Assembly: GCA_040218735.1 (NCBI GenBank)
Contig: JAVJQW010000017.1
Span: 320,001 to 384,000 of the forward strand
Source: Deltaproteobacteria bacterium
GTDB taxonomy: Bacteria > Myxococcota > Kuafuiibacteriia > Kuafuiibacteriales > Kuafuiibacteriaceae
DNA: 64,000 nucleotides
Direction of reading: 5' to 3'
A program made the translations under genes and the position numbers. Positions 7,479 to 19,600 of the stretch are shown here, in pieces (the stretch's first letter is position 1; each line of letters begins with the position of its first letter). The notes beneath the pieces were generated by a model. It did no database searches, had not been told where the DNA came from, and saw only the letters and a program-made list of their open reading frames with translations.

Positions 7479-8993
7479 ATGCGTCTTCACGGTCCCCGCC
7501 CCACGACGACCCCCACGACGAGCGCCGCTCCGCAGGCTCCGACCGAGGAGAGGAAACGTCGCGCGGTCTTCGGATTCGGGCGTCTCTTCGCGCGTGAACG
7601 CTTCGCGCGTCGTCGGTCGGAAACCTCCCGCGCGCCGCAGACGCAGGGCGCTGCGTTCGGGAGTCGCCGGGGCCGCGGGTTGGCGGCGTTCGGTGCGGTG
7701 CTCGGCGCGATGTTCGCCGCGACGGCGACCGGATGCGCGCCCTCCTCCGAACCTGCACCCGCGCCGCCGCCCGCGGTGGTCATCGAGCAGGAGGCCCCCG
7801 AGAGCTTCCACGATCTTTCGCCGACGACGCCCGTGTTCGAGGTCCCCGCGGAGCCGACGCCCGAGCGCGTGGACGAGGTCGGCACCGGATCGATCCAGCT
7901 GTTCTACGATCCGCAGGGCCTCGGAGAGCTCTCGGCCGCGGAGCAGAACGCACAGTCGGTGATCGATCACCTCGTGCAGGCCGACGACTTCGACGCGACC
8001 CTCACGTTCTTGGAGGACGCCACGGTCATCTCGCGGCCGCTCGAACCCGAGGCGCGTCGACTCGCGGAGCGGATGGGGGAGTCGATCCCGCTCGCGCCGC
8101 GCGAGACGGGGGTGATCACGCTCGACGCCGACGCGCTCACGACCATCGCGGATCACTTCGCGGCGAACCACATCGCGCTCGACGATCTGGCGGGCTTCGC
8201 GGCGCCGCGCGGGATCGAGGCCCCGGCGGAGGGCATGACGCCCGCGTTCGCGGGGCGCTACCTCGACGCGCTGTCGACGCGCGAAGTGCTCACCGACGTT
8301 CGAGGGGAGCTCGGCGTGGAGCAGTCCCGCGCGCTGGAGGTCGTCCATCACCTGAACGCCGACGAGGTCGCGGCGCTCTCGGAGCGGCTCGGCGTCGAGG
8401 CGCGCCCCGGTAACGACGCCTGGATCACGAACGGGTTGGTGGACCGCTTCGTCGGCGCGCTCCACGACCGCATCATCTACCTCGACGACATGGGCATCGA
8501 GACGACCCGCGCGGTGATGGGGATGGGCGGCGGAGGCATCGACGCCGACTTGTCGCGCGCGCTCGCATCGCTGCCTGACCTGTCGAGGAACGTCACGAAC
8601 TGCGCGCTGGGCCAGACGGAGTCGTTCGCGGTCTACCCGATCGGCATCGACCGCAAGAACGGGAACGTGGAGTGGCTCCGTCACGAAGCGGCGGTGCCGT
8701 TCCGCCAGATGTTCCACGAGGCGCCCGCGGACCTCGGGCTCTTCCCGCGCAGCGGCTTCCGCTCGAACGCGGAGCAGCAGTCCCTCCAGTCGACGGGGCT
8801 CGCGGCGCCGGTCTGTACGTCGAACCACGAGGACGGCATGTCCGTCGACATCGGGTTCGTGCAGGGCGGCGTCGCGTACGGGCTCGATTCGCAGAGCTCG
8901 GCGCAGTACCAGTGGCTCGCGGCGAACGCGCCGGCGCGCGGGATCGTGAACGACGTCGCGCACGAGCCCTGGCACCACACGTTCGTGGGGTGA
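7479..8993 (+). CDS. M15B (VanY-like) D,D-carboxypeptidase domain protein with long N-terminal region
   Basis: C-terminal SGFRS...SNHEDGMSVD...YQWLAANA...EPWH motifs; internal hydrophobic segment ending ATGC; SD AAGGA upstream. Confidence 0.8.
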   Translation: MRLHGPRPTTTPTTSAAPQAPTEERKRRAVFGFGRLFARERFARRRSETSRAPQTQGAAFGSRRGRGLAAFGAVLGAMFAATATGCAPSSEPAPAPPPAVVIEQEAPESFHDLSPTTPVFEVPAEPTPERVDEVGTGSIQLFYDPQGLGELSAAEQNAQSVIDHLVQADDFDATLTFLEDATVISRPLEPEARRLAERMGESIPLAPRETGVITLDADALTTIADHFAANHIALDDLAGFAAPRGIEAPAEGMTPAFAGRYLDALSTREVLTDVRGELGVEQSRALEVVHHLNADEVAALSERLGVEARPGNDAWITNGLVDRFVGALHDRIIYLDDMGIETTRAVMGMGGGGIDADLSRALASLPDLSRNVTNCALGQTESFAVYPIGIDRKNGNVEWLRHEAAVPFRQMFHEAPADLGLFPRSGFRSNAEQQSLQSTGLAAPVCTSNHEDGMSVDIGFVQGGVAYGLDSQSSAQYQWLAANAPARGIVNDVAHEPWHHTFVG

Positions 8994-9057
8994 TCCGCGG
9001 CCAGCGGGGCGTTCTCCCCTTGCCGCCGGCGGGCCTCGCGATTACATCAGCGCGACC

Positions 9058-11688
<2,631 letters not shown>

Positions 11689-11709
<21 letters not shown>

Positions 11710-11855
11710 TCGCGATCGGCCGCGGAGCCGGGCACGCCGGTACGGTCGCGGATGCCGCGACGCTCGCGGGCGGTGGATCGCAGTTGGCTGCGCGACGGGC
11801 ACACCGAGGCGGCCGCGGACGCCGCGACGCTCGCGGGCGGTGGATCGCGATCGGC
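11689..11855 (+). repeat. Three-copy ~67-bp direct repeat beginning in the alaS 3' end
   Basis: GCGACGCTCGC...GGT(T/G)GATCGC starts at 11689, 11757 and 11824. Confidence 0.7.
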
Positions 11856-12045
11856 ACCGCGTGTGATCTCGCGAACGTTCGAATCGACGGCGACGCCGCG
11901 GCGTCTCACCGATCGCTGTGGTGCTTTTGCATCACCTCTGACAGCCCGACGGCCGGACGTATCACGCGCGCCACGCGTCGCCGCGTTCCGCGAGTGATCT
12001 TGGAGCGTTGAGCAGTTGGTACGGTCGCTGCTTTTGTCTGGCGGC

Positions 12046-12585
12046 ATGTCCCGACGCCTCGCCTCCGCCGCCACCCTCCTCGCCGCCGCCGCGCTCTACG
12101 GCTGCCCCGCCACCGTCGAGATCCTCGAGTCCGACGCCGAGCCCCGCCCGATCGAGCTCGCCGAAGGTTACGACGTGCGTCGCTTCACCCTCGACATCGA
12201 CACCCCCGAGGACGCCTTCCCGGGCGAAGACGGCTTCGCCGAGACCGTGAAGATCGTCGCCGTGCTGAAGACCGACCTGCGTACGTCCGGCGAAGCCGAA
12301 GTCGAGCTCCTCGTCGCCGACGACTCCGACCGCGACGGCGACGTCCGCAACGGCCAGTCGCGCCGCGTGACGGTGTTCGGCTCCGAGACCGAGCTCGTCA
12401 TCGAGCGCTTCCTCTCCAAGTGTGACGAGCGGCCGTGCCCCCGCCGCATCGACATCGACTTCCTCAAGAGCGGCGACGCCGCGGTCACCGGGACCTGGCG
12501 CATCGAACACGAGATCGACTGGTACGGCGAAGGCAAGGAGCCGCCCGCCCACGCCGTCTCCACGCTCCAGCTGACCGAATACTAG
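12046..12585 (+). CDS. Hypothetical lipoprotein
   Basis: MSRRLASAATLLAAAALYGC lipoprotein signal; GC3-biased codons. Confidence 0.7.
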   Translation: MSRRLASAATLLAAAALYGCPATVEILESDAEPRPIELAEGYDVRRFTLDIDTPEDAFPGEDGFAETVKIVAVLKTDLRTSGEAEVELLVADDSDRDGDVRNGQSRRVTVFGSETELVIERFLSKCDERPCPRRIDIDFLKSGDAAVTGTWRIEHEIDWYGEGKEPPAHAVSTLQLTEY

Positions 12586-12622
12586 CCCCCTACGCACCCC
12601 AGACCCGAGAAGGAATCTCACC

Positions 12623-13126
12623 GTGACTACGCCCAAGAACGACCTCGCCCGCCGCGCCGCCATCCTCACCACGCTGACCCTCGCCGGCATCGCATCCATG
12701 GCGACCTCGCCGCCGGACAACTCCCTCCCCACGGTCTCCGTGACGCTCGAGTCCCCGATCCCGAGCTTCGAGCTGAGCGAAGCAAAGCCGGAAGCCATCA
12801 TCGACATCCAGGTCGCGGACTCCTCGACCACCGCGATCGGCGGGCGCTTCACGGCCGACCTGTCGCTCGAGAGCGACGGCCCCGTCGAGGTCATCGCGAC
12901 CTTCGATCCGGGCGGTCAGCGATCGGGTGACTTCTCGTCCCGCGCGGTCGACGGAGCCGGCGAGCTCCAGGTCAACGGCATCGTCAACAGCCGCGGGACG
13001 ATTCGCGTCCGGATGATCGGCGCGGGCCGGGTCCAGGGCGGCGGCCGGGCCGAGCTACGGACCGAGGTGCCCGAGACGGCCGACACCTCCCCCTCGGCCT
13101 TCCGGTTCGACCTCGTGCTGCAGTAA
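12623..13126 (+). CDS. Hypothetical exported protein
   Basis: SD GAAGGA; RRAAILTTLTLAGIASMATS signal-like segment; beta-rich body. Confidence 0.7.
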   Translation: MTTPKNDLARRAAILTTLTLAGIASMATSPPDNSLPTVSVTLESPIPSFELSEAKPEAIIDIQVADSSTTAIGGRFTADLSLESDGPVEVIATFDPGGQRSGDFSSRAVDGAGELQVNGIVNSRGTIRVRMIGAGRVQGGGRAELRTEVPETADTSPSAFRFDLVLQ

Positions 13127-13201
13127 CCCCCCGAGATCCCCTAGTCCTCGGGCGGTCGCCTCCACCGGGTCGTAAAGTTACCTCAAACCCGGAGGCGCGC
13201 T

Positions 13202-16200
13202 ATGGTTGAGCCGGTGGCCCAGCCTTCCGACACCGTCTCGCTGAGGATCACGCTCCGGTACAAGGATCTCGACGAGTTCGTGAACCGGTACGCCGAGAAC
13301 ATCTCGTCGGCCGGCCTCTTCCTCCGCACGAAGTCGCCGAAGGCCACCGGCACGAAGATCCGCTTCGAGCTCCTGCTCGCGAACGGCAGCCGCGCGCTGC
13401 GCGGCGAAGGCGTCGTCGTCACCGTGCGCGAAGACGACAAGCCCGGCATGGCGCTGCGCTTCAAGATGCTCGACGCCGACTCGCAGGCCGTCATCGATCG
13501 CATCGTCGCCAAACACGGCCAGGGCACCCTCGCTCCGACGCCGCTGTCGACGAACCTCGGTCGCCCGAGCTACGGCGGCGCCGCCGCGCGCCCCACCTCG
13601 ACGCCGAACTGGCGAGCGAGCTCCGGCTGGGTGTCGATGAGCGGAGGAGCGCGCGTGCCGGGCCAGAGCGACCGCACGCAGAGCGGCTCCGGCGTCTTGC
13701 CGCGCCGCCCCGCGCGCACGTTCGAGGGGCAACCGACGAAACCCGTCCCACGCGAGCCCAGCGGCTCGAAGGCCATCCCGCGCGCGCCGCTCCCGCGGAG
13801 TCGCTCGTCGGTGACGCGCCCGTGGGGGAGCGGCGATCGCCGTGAGACGACCGGCCGCATCCGCGTGAGTGACTTCGCATCGGCGCGCGAGGACACGGGT
13901 TCGCTGTCGAAGCCGAAGCTGCCGCCGATCGGCGATCCGGGCGCGGCGACGCCCGAGGACGACCGGACGCTCCGCATGGACGTCGACCGGCTGCGCGCGC
14001 CGTCGACGCGCGGCGACACCACGCTCGATCCGCCGCGCGGCGTCGGCGAAGCGCAGGTCGCGACGGACGAGTTCCTCTCCGACACCGACTCCGGCGCACC
14101 GTTCGGCGAGGCGCTGCGTGCGCCTTCGGACGTCGACACCGAGATCCCGCGCCCGATCGACGACACGCCGACGGCGGAGGACGACGCCACGCGCGGCGAC
14201 GCCGACACGAGCGTCGCAGAAGACGACGCGAACACCGCGGCCGCGCGTGATGCAGATGCGATCGCGGCGGCGGCGGCCGCCGAAGCGGTGAGCGTGGACG
14301 TCGACGCGATCGCGGCGGCGGCAGCGGCCGACGCGGCGGCCAACGCCGAGGCGGACGCACCGAACACGGACGATCTCTCGGCGCCCGTCGACGCGGAGAC
14401 GTCGCCGGACGACGCCGCGGAAGAGTCGCCCCAGGTCGAGGTCGACCCCTGGGCCGATGCGCTGGGCATCCCGCCGACGCAGCCGCCGGCCGCGGCCGAC
14501 ACGTACGAAGATGGCGCGGCGCCCGCGGAGGCGCGTAGCGGCCTCGTGAGCGAGACCGAGGACGCCGCGGGCTTCACGAACGACGAAGCGACGCACCTCG
14601 AAGCGCCCGCGTTCGACGGCGACGGTCGCGCGACCGACGGCGCCGCGAACGACGAGGCGATCGACGGCGCAGCGCCAGCGACGGACAACACCTCGGACGA
14701 AGCGACGGCGATCAGCGCGGCGCACGAAACGAGCACACAGGACGACGCGACGAGCGCTCCGGCCGAAGCCACTGCGGTCAGCGCCCCGACCCACGAGGCG
14801 CAGGAAGCGGACACCCGGGCGGAGGCGACCGCGGTCAGCGCAATGAACGACGACGCGGGGCGCGCGGACCACCAGGTCGATGACGAGGCGCGCGAAGCGC
14901 AACATCGCTCGGACCGAACGCTCGGCGACGACGCCCACCGCGAAACCAGCGCCGAGGCAGCGCACGACGTCAGCGCCGATGCGGAGCACGGCGCTCACGA
15001 GACCACCGGCCACGCGGCCTCCGCAGAGCACGACGCCGACGCCTACGCCCGTGATGACGGCGCCGACGCGGAACGCGACGTTCGCGAGGCCAGCGCGGAC
15101 GCGGAGCACGACGGACGCGAGCCGAGCGCCCGCGCAGAGCACGACGATGCCGAAGCCGGCGCCTACACGGAGAACGACGGACGCGATGCGAGCGCCCGCG
15201 CGGAGGACGCCGGACGCGATGCGAGCGCCGGCGCGGAGCAGCACGCGGACGAGGCCGGCGGCTACGCGGAGCACGACGGACGCGATGCGAGCGCCCGCGT
15301 AGAGCACGGCGACGACGTAGCCGGCGCCTACGCGGAGCACGACGGACGCGCCCACGCGGAGCACGAACGACGCGACGCGAGCGGCCACGCGGAGCACGAC
15401 GGACGCGATGCGAGCGGCCACGCGGAGCACGACGGACGCGATGCGAGCGGCCACGCGGAGCACGACGACGAGGTTGCCGGCGCCCACGCCCATGTAAGCG
15501 TCCGCGCAGAGCCGCCCGCCGACGAAGCCGGCGCCTACGCGGAGCACGAAGGAGGCGATGTGAGCGCCCGCGCAGTGGAGCGCGCCGACGAAGCCGACGC
15601 CGATGCAGAGCACGAAGGAGGCGATGCGAGCGCCGACGCGGCGCAGCGCGCCGACGAAGCCGGCGCCTACACGGAGCACGACGGACGCGATGCGAGCGGC
15701 TACGCAGAGCACGACGACCGCGACGCGGAGTACGACGGACGCGATGCGAGCGGCTACGCGGAGCACGCCGACCGCGACGCGGAGTACGACGGAGGCGATG
15801 CGAGCGCCCGCGCCGAGCAGCACGCCGACGAGGCGGGCGGCCACGCGGAGCACGACGGTCGCGACGCGAGCGCCCGCGCGGAGCAGCACGCCGACGAGGC
15901 GGGCGCCCACGCGGAGCACGACGGTCGCGACGCGAGCGCCCAAGCGCAGCACGGCGACGAGGCGGGCGCCCACGCGGAGCACGACGGTCGCGACGCGAGC
16001 GCCCAAGCTGAGCACGCCGACGAGGCCGGCGCCTACGCGGAGCACGACGGTCGCGACGCGAGCGCCCGCGCCGAGCAGCACGGCGACGAGGCTGGCGCCT
16101 ACGCGGAGCACGACGGCCGCGACGCGAGCGCCTACGCGGAGCACGCCGACGGCGACGCGAGCGCCCACGACGACGCGGCGCACGATCCCAGCGCACACGC

Positions 16201-19200
16201 GGAGCCCGACGATCGCGAGCTCAGCGCCTACGCGGAGCACGGCGACGGCGACGCGAGCGGCCACGACGACGCGGCGCACGATCCCAGCGCACACGCGGCG
16301 CCCGACGATCGCGAGCTCAGCGCCGACGATCGCGAAGCCAGCACCCACGCGGAGCACGAGCACGGCCCCGGCGAGGCCGGCGCCCACGCGACGGACGACG
16401 CGGGGCGAGATCCGCGGGAGGCCGGCGTCTACGCGGGGTATGACGACAACGAAGCGCGCGCCGTCGCGGGGCGGGACGCCGGCGAGGCCGGCGTCTACGC
16501 GGAGTACGACGACCGCGAACCTGGCGCAGGCGCCGACGCGGAGGATCAAGACGTAGACGAGGCTCGCGCCGCCGACGCGGAGCATGTCGACGGCGCAGCG
16601 GGACATCCGCGCGGAGCCTCCGCCGACGCGCCCGGCGCCAGCGCCGAGCAAGACACGGGCGACGACCACGCCGAAGCGGCCGGCGAAGACTTCGTCGCAG
16701 GCGACTCGACGGCGCGCGACGCCTCCGAGGCCGCGCACGACGCGACCGTCGCCGAAGCGCGTGCCTACAGCAGCGAGACCGACGGGCCAGATACGACCGA
16801 GCACGACGCCAGCGACGACGTCGTTCGAGCGTACGCCGACTCGGACACACAAGCGTCCATCCAGGCGCCGCTCGACGACGAAGCCACCGTCGCCGCGCAG
16901 CCGGAGCCCGAGGTCGACGAGCTCGAGTCCAGCTTCGCGGAGATCGGCGACGAGCTCCGCCGCCAGGTCGAAGAGGAAGACCGCCTCTTCGACGAGGGCG
17001 GTGAGATCGACGACGAACCCACCGCGCACATCCCCGTCTCTGCCGGTCCGACCGAAGACCCGAGCACCGACGAGATGCCCTCGCCGCTGCAGGGCGCCGC
17101 CGCGTTCGAAGACGAACCGACCGCGCACATCCTCGCGACCGACGCCTCGCCGGCCGACCCCGCCGAGCCCAAACCCGACGCGGCGATGGACGAAGGCCCC
17201 ACCGTCCACGCCGAGATGGACGACGCGCCGACCGCGTTCGACGACAGCGCTTCGGACCGCACCGCCGAGGAGGCGCCGTCACAAGACTTCGCCGACGGGG
17301 GCGAGACGGCCGCGCTCGCGCCGAGTCCGATCCCCGGCGGCGAGCAGGAGGACGCGGAGACGAAGGTCCTCGTCAGCAACGTCGACGAGTCGGACGCGGT
17401 GGTGCCAATCCCCGAGCAGCCGCTCGACGAAGACGCCACGCGCCTCGAACGTCCGGAAGATCCGGCGGTGCGTGCCTACTCGGAGGCACCGACCCACGCC
17501 GAGATCCAGCGCGAGGCGCCCGCGGCCACGCCGGCCGAGCCCTACGCGGAAGCCGCGACCGTCGCCGCGCCCGAGACCCAGGTCATTCGCAACCGGAAGC
17601 GCCCCGTCGCCGACCCCGAGCGCGTGAGCCTCGACGCGTCGACGGAGATCGTGAAGGCGCACGACGCGATCGCGCCGCGCGACGGGACGCCGATGTACTC
17701 GACGGAGGTGCAGGTCACCGGCGTCGACGCCGACGCGAAGCCGCACGAAGAGGTCGCGCCGACGCGGCGTCGACCGAGCTATCGCCCGGTGATCGAGCGT
17801 GAGTCGAGCCGGCCGAAGAACCCCGAGGACATGCTGCGTCGTGCGCGCGAGGCGGCGTTCTCCGAAGAAGCCACCGAGGTCCCGCCCGAGCGCACCTCGG
17901 ACGAGCAGGTCGCGAAGCGCCCCGTCGACGAGACGCCGAAGCGCCCCGCTCCGCCGACGCAGGTGGTACGGGCGCGCGGTCCCCAAGCACCTTCGCGTGC
18001 GCAGCGGGTCGTGGGCATCGACTTCGGCGGGCAGTGGGTGCGCATGGGCGTGATCGAGAACGCCGAGCTCGAGCTGATCCCCGCCGCCGCGAGCGCCTAC
18101 ATCCCCGCGCTCGTCGCCACGCGCAAGGACGGCTCGCTCGTCACCGGCGTGAAGGCCCGCGCCTTGGTCCTCGACGACCCGCGGCGCGGCACGTCACCCC
18201 GCTCGGTGCTGCAGGCGATCGAGAAGGGCAAGATCCCGCCGGGTCGCGCGAGCGGGCTCAACGTGATCGGGTCCGAAGACGGCGAGGTGAAGCTGCGCCT
18301 CGGTGATCACGTCGTCGATCTCCAAGACGTCCTCGTCACGTACTTCACGTTCCTGCGGGACGCGATCAAACAGCACCTCGGCACGGACACGTTCTCCGTC
18401 GCGATGTTGGTGCCCGATCGCCTCGATCCTTCCGCGCGGAAGATGCTCGAGGCGGCGTGTAAGACGTCCCGCCTCGACGTCGCTCGGTTCGTCGAGGAGT
18501 CGCAGGCGATGCTCTCCGCGTACAACCTGCGGGAGCGGCCGATGAAGTCGGTGCTGCTGATCGACGTCGGGATGACGCACGTCGGGATTCAGGTCGCGAA
18601 GCGGAACGCGGAGAAGTTCGACATCGTCGCGTCGCGCTGGGACGACAAACTGTCGGCGGGTGCGTTCGACGACCGCGTCGTGCAACTCACGCTCGACGAG
18701 CTGGAAGCCCAGGCGGGCGAGGATCACCAGGCCGACCGCGCCGCGCGGCTGCGGCTCAAGGAAGCGGTCGAGCACGCACGCATGGACATCCGTCGCGCCG
18801 CGTCCGTCGAGCTGAAGGTCACGCTCCCCGCGCCCGGAGGGGCGTCCGGGGTCGTCGTCGAGCGGTCGATCAAACTCCCGCGGAGCCGGATCTACCAAGT
18901 CACGGAGGATGTCGTCCTGGAGATCTGCGTCGCCGTGCAAGAGGTCTTGCGCGACGCCGGGATCGATCCTCGGAACCTCGACGCCACCGTGCTCGCCGGG
19001 AGCGGCGGCACGTTCCCACCGCTGATCGAAGCGCTCACCAACCTCACGCAGCAGGAGCCGATGCACTCGATTCCGCCCGCGCACGTGTTTGCGATGGGCC
19101 TGGCGAAGAGCAGCGCGGCGATCGAACGCGCGGAGGTTGCGGCACAGCCGAACACCCTCAGCGCGTCGATCGGCTTCGGGCTCCCCGGCGGACGCTTCCG

Positions 19201-19597
19201 TCCGATCCTCCAGGCGGGCTCGAAGCTCCCGATCACGATCGCGAAGTCGTACCCGACGACGAAGGACGGTCAGACCGACGTCGAGCTCAAGTTCTACCAG
19301 GGCGACGCCGAGTTCGTGCGAACCTGCACGTACCTCGGAGAGCTCACACTCACCGGCCTTCCGCGCGCGATGCGCGGTGAGGTGCGCATCGACCTCGAGC
19401 TGAGCGTCGCCGCGGACGGCATCTTGAGCATCCGGCTCGGCGAGAAGACCAACGGCGTGCAGAACCGGTTGCAGGTCGCGACCGCGCAGACGCCGCAGGA
19501 ACGCCGCCGCGCGTTGGCCGCACGCAAGCCGGCCGTCGCGCAGGAGCCCCCGCAGAAGACCGGCGGGTTCTTCAAGCGCCTCTTCGGCCGCAAGTAG
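13202..19597 (+). CDS. Giant TIGR02266-type PilZ domain / acidic His-rich repeat / atypical Hsp70 fusion protein
   Basis: N-terminal LRYKDLDEFVNRYAENISSAGLFLRT...GMALRF (myxobacterial PilZ variant); C-terminal VVGIDFG, LLIDVG, TTKDGQTDVELKFYQG, GLPRAMRGEVRI Hsp70 motifs; real start may be GTG 13214. Confidence 0.85.
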   Translation: MVEPVAQPSDTVSLRITLRYKDLDEFVNRYAENISSAGLFLRTKSPKATGTKIRFELLLANGSRALRGEGVVVTVREDDKPGMALRFKMLDADSQAVIDRIVAKHGQGTLAPTPLSTNLGRPSYGGAAARPTSTPNWRASSGWVSMSGGARVPGQSDRTQSGSGVLPRRPARTFEGQPTKPVPREPSGSKAIPRAPLPRSRSSVTRPWGSGDRRETTGRIRVSDFASAREDTGSLSKPKLPPIGDPGAATPEDDRTLRMDVDRLRAPSTRGDTTLDPPRGVGEAQVATDEFLSDTDSGAPFGEALRAPSDVDTEIPRPIDDTPTAEDDATRGDADTSVAEDDANTAAARDADAIAAAAAAEAVSVDVDAIAAAAAADAAANAEADAPNTDDLSAPVDAETSPDDAAEESPQVEVDPWADALGIPPTQPPAAADTYEDGAAPAEARSGLVSETEDAAGFTNDEATHLEAPAFDGDGRATDGAANDEAIDGAAPATDNTSDEATAISAAHETSTQDDATSAPAEATAVSAPTHEAQEADTRAEATAVSAMNDDAGRADHQVDDEAREAQHRSDRTLGDDAHRETSAEAAHDVSADAEHGAHETTGHAASAEHDADAYARDDGADAERDVREASADAEHDGREPSARAEHDDAEAGAYTENDGRDASARAEDAGRDASAGAEQHADEAGGYAEHDGRDASARVEHGDDVAGAYAEHDGRAHAEHERRDASGHAEHDGRDASGHAEHDGRDASGHAEHDDEVAGAHAHVSVRAEPPADEAGAYAEHEGGDVSARAVERADEADADAEHEGGDASADAAQRADEAGAYTEHDGRDASGYAEHDDRDAEYDGRDASGYAEHADRDAEYDGGDASARAEQHADEAGGHAEHDGRDASARAEQHADEAGAHAEHDGRDASAQAQHGDEAGAHAEHDGRDASAQAEHADEAGAYAEHDGRDASARAEQHGDEAGAYAEHDGRDASAYAEHADGDASAHDDAAHDPSAHAEPDDRELSAYAEHGDGDASGHDDAAHDPSAHAAPDDRELSADDREASTHAEHEHGPGEAGAHATDDAGRDPREAGVYAGYDDNEARAVAGRDAGEAGVYAEYDDREPGAGADAEDQDVDEARAADAEHVDGAAGHPRGASADAPGASAEQDTGDDHAEAAGEDFVAGDSTARDASEAAHDATVAEARAYSSETDGPDTTEHDASDDVVRAYADSDTQASIQAPLDDEATVAAQPEPEVDELESSFAEIGDELRRQVEEEDRLFDEGGEIDDEPTAHIPVSAGPTEDPSTDEMPSPLQGAAAFEDEPTAHILATDASPADPAEPKPDAAMDEGPTVHAEMDDAPTAFDDSASDRTAEEAPSQDFADGGETAALAPSPIPGGEQEDAETKVLVSNVDESDAVVPIPEQPLDEDATRLERPEDPAVRAYSEAPTHAEIQREAPAATPAEPYAEAATVAAPETQVIRNRKRPVADPERVSLDASTEIVKAHDAIAPRDGTPMYSTEVQVTGVDADAKPHEEVAPTRRRPSYRPVIERESSRPKNPEDMLRRAREAAFSEEATEVPPERTSDEQVAKRPVDETPKRPAPPTQVVRARGPQAPSRAQRVVGIDFGGQWVRMGVIENAELELIPAAASAYIPALVATRKDGSLVTGVKARALVLDDPRRGTSPRSVLQAIEKGKIPPGRASGLNVIGSEDGEVKLRLGDHVVDLQDVLVTYFTFLRDAIKQHLGTDTFSVAMLVPDRLDPSARKMLEAACKTSRLDVARFVEESQAMLSAYNLRERPMKSVLLIDVGMTHVGIQVAKRNAEKFDIVASRWDDKLSAGAFDDRVVQLTLDELEAQAGEDHQADRAARLRLKEAVEHARMDIRRAASVELKVTLPAPGGASGVVVERSIKLPRSRIYQVTEDVVLEICVAVQEVLRDAGIDPRNLDATVLAGSGGTFPPLIEALTNLTQQEPMHSIPPAHVFAMGLAKSSAAIERAEVAAQPNTLSASIGFGLPGGRFRPILQAGSKLPITIAKSYPTTKDGQTDVELKFYQGDAEFVRTCTYLGELTLTGLPRAMRGEVRIDLELSVAADGILSIRLGEKTNGVQNRLQVATAQTPQERRRALAARKPAVAQEPPQKTGGFFKRLFGRK
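15095..16520 (+). repeat. Coding tandem repeat of roughly 11/21-22 aa units (EAGAHAEHDGRDASARAEQHAD)
   Basis: Recurrent GCGGAGCACGACGG(A/T)CGCGA(T/C)GCGAGCG units with variable 33-66 nt spacing. Confidence 0.9.
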
Positions 19598-19600
19598 GGA

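Noticed and set aside
15095-16520. Repeat array as a possible CRISPR
   Set aside because: Units are degenerate, in frame and coding, with no unique spacers and no cas genes.
13178-17209. 1343-aa minus-strand ORF and other long antisense ORFs (608-2170, 8593-11208, 27997-30471, 54542-57544)
   Set aside because: Shadow frames of GC3-biased genes on the opposite strand; Arg/Val/Ala-rich with no motifs.
18004-19597. Housekeeping dnaK
   Set aside because: Degenerate ATP-binding motifs, fused architecture, and no grpE/dnaJ nearby.
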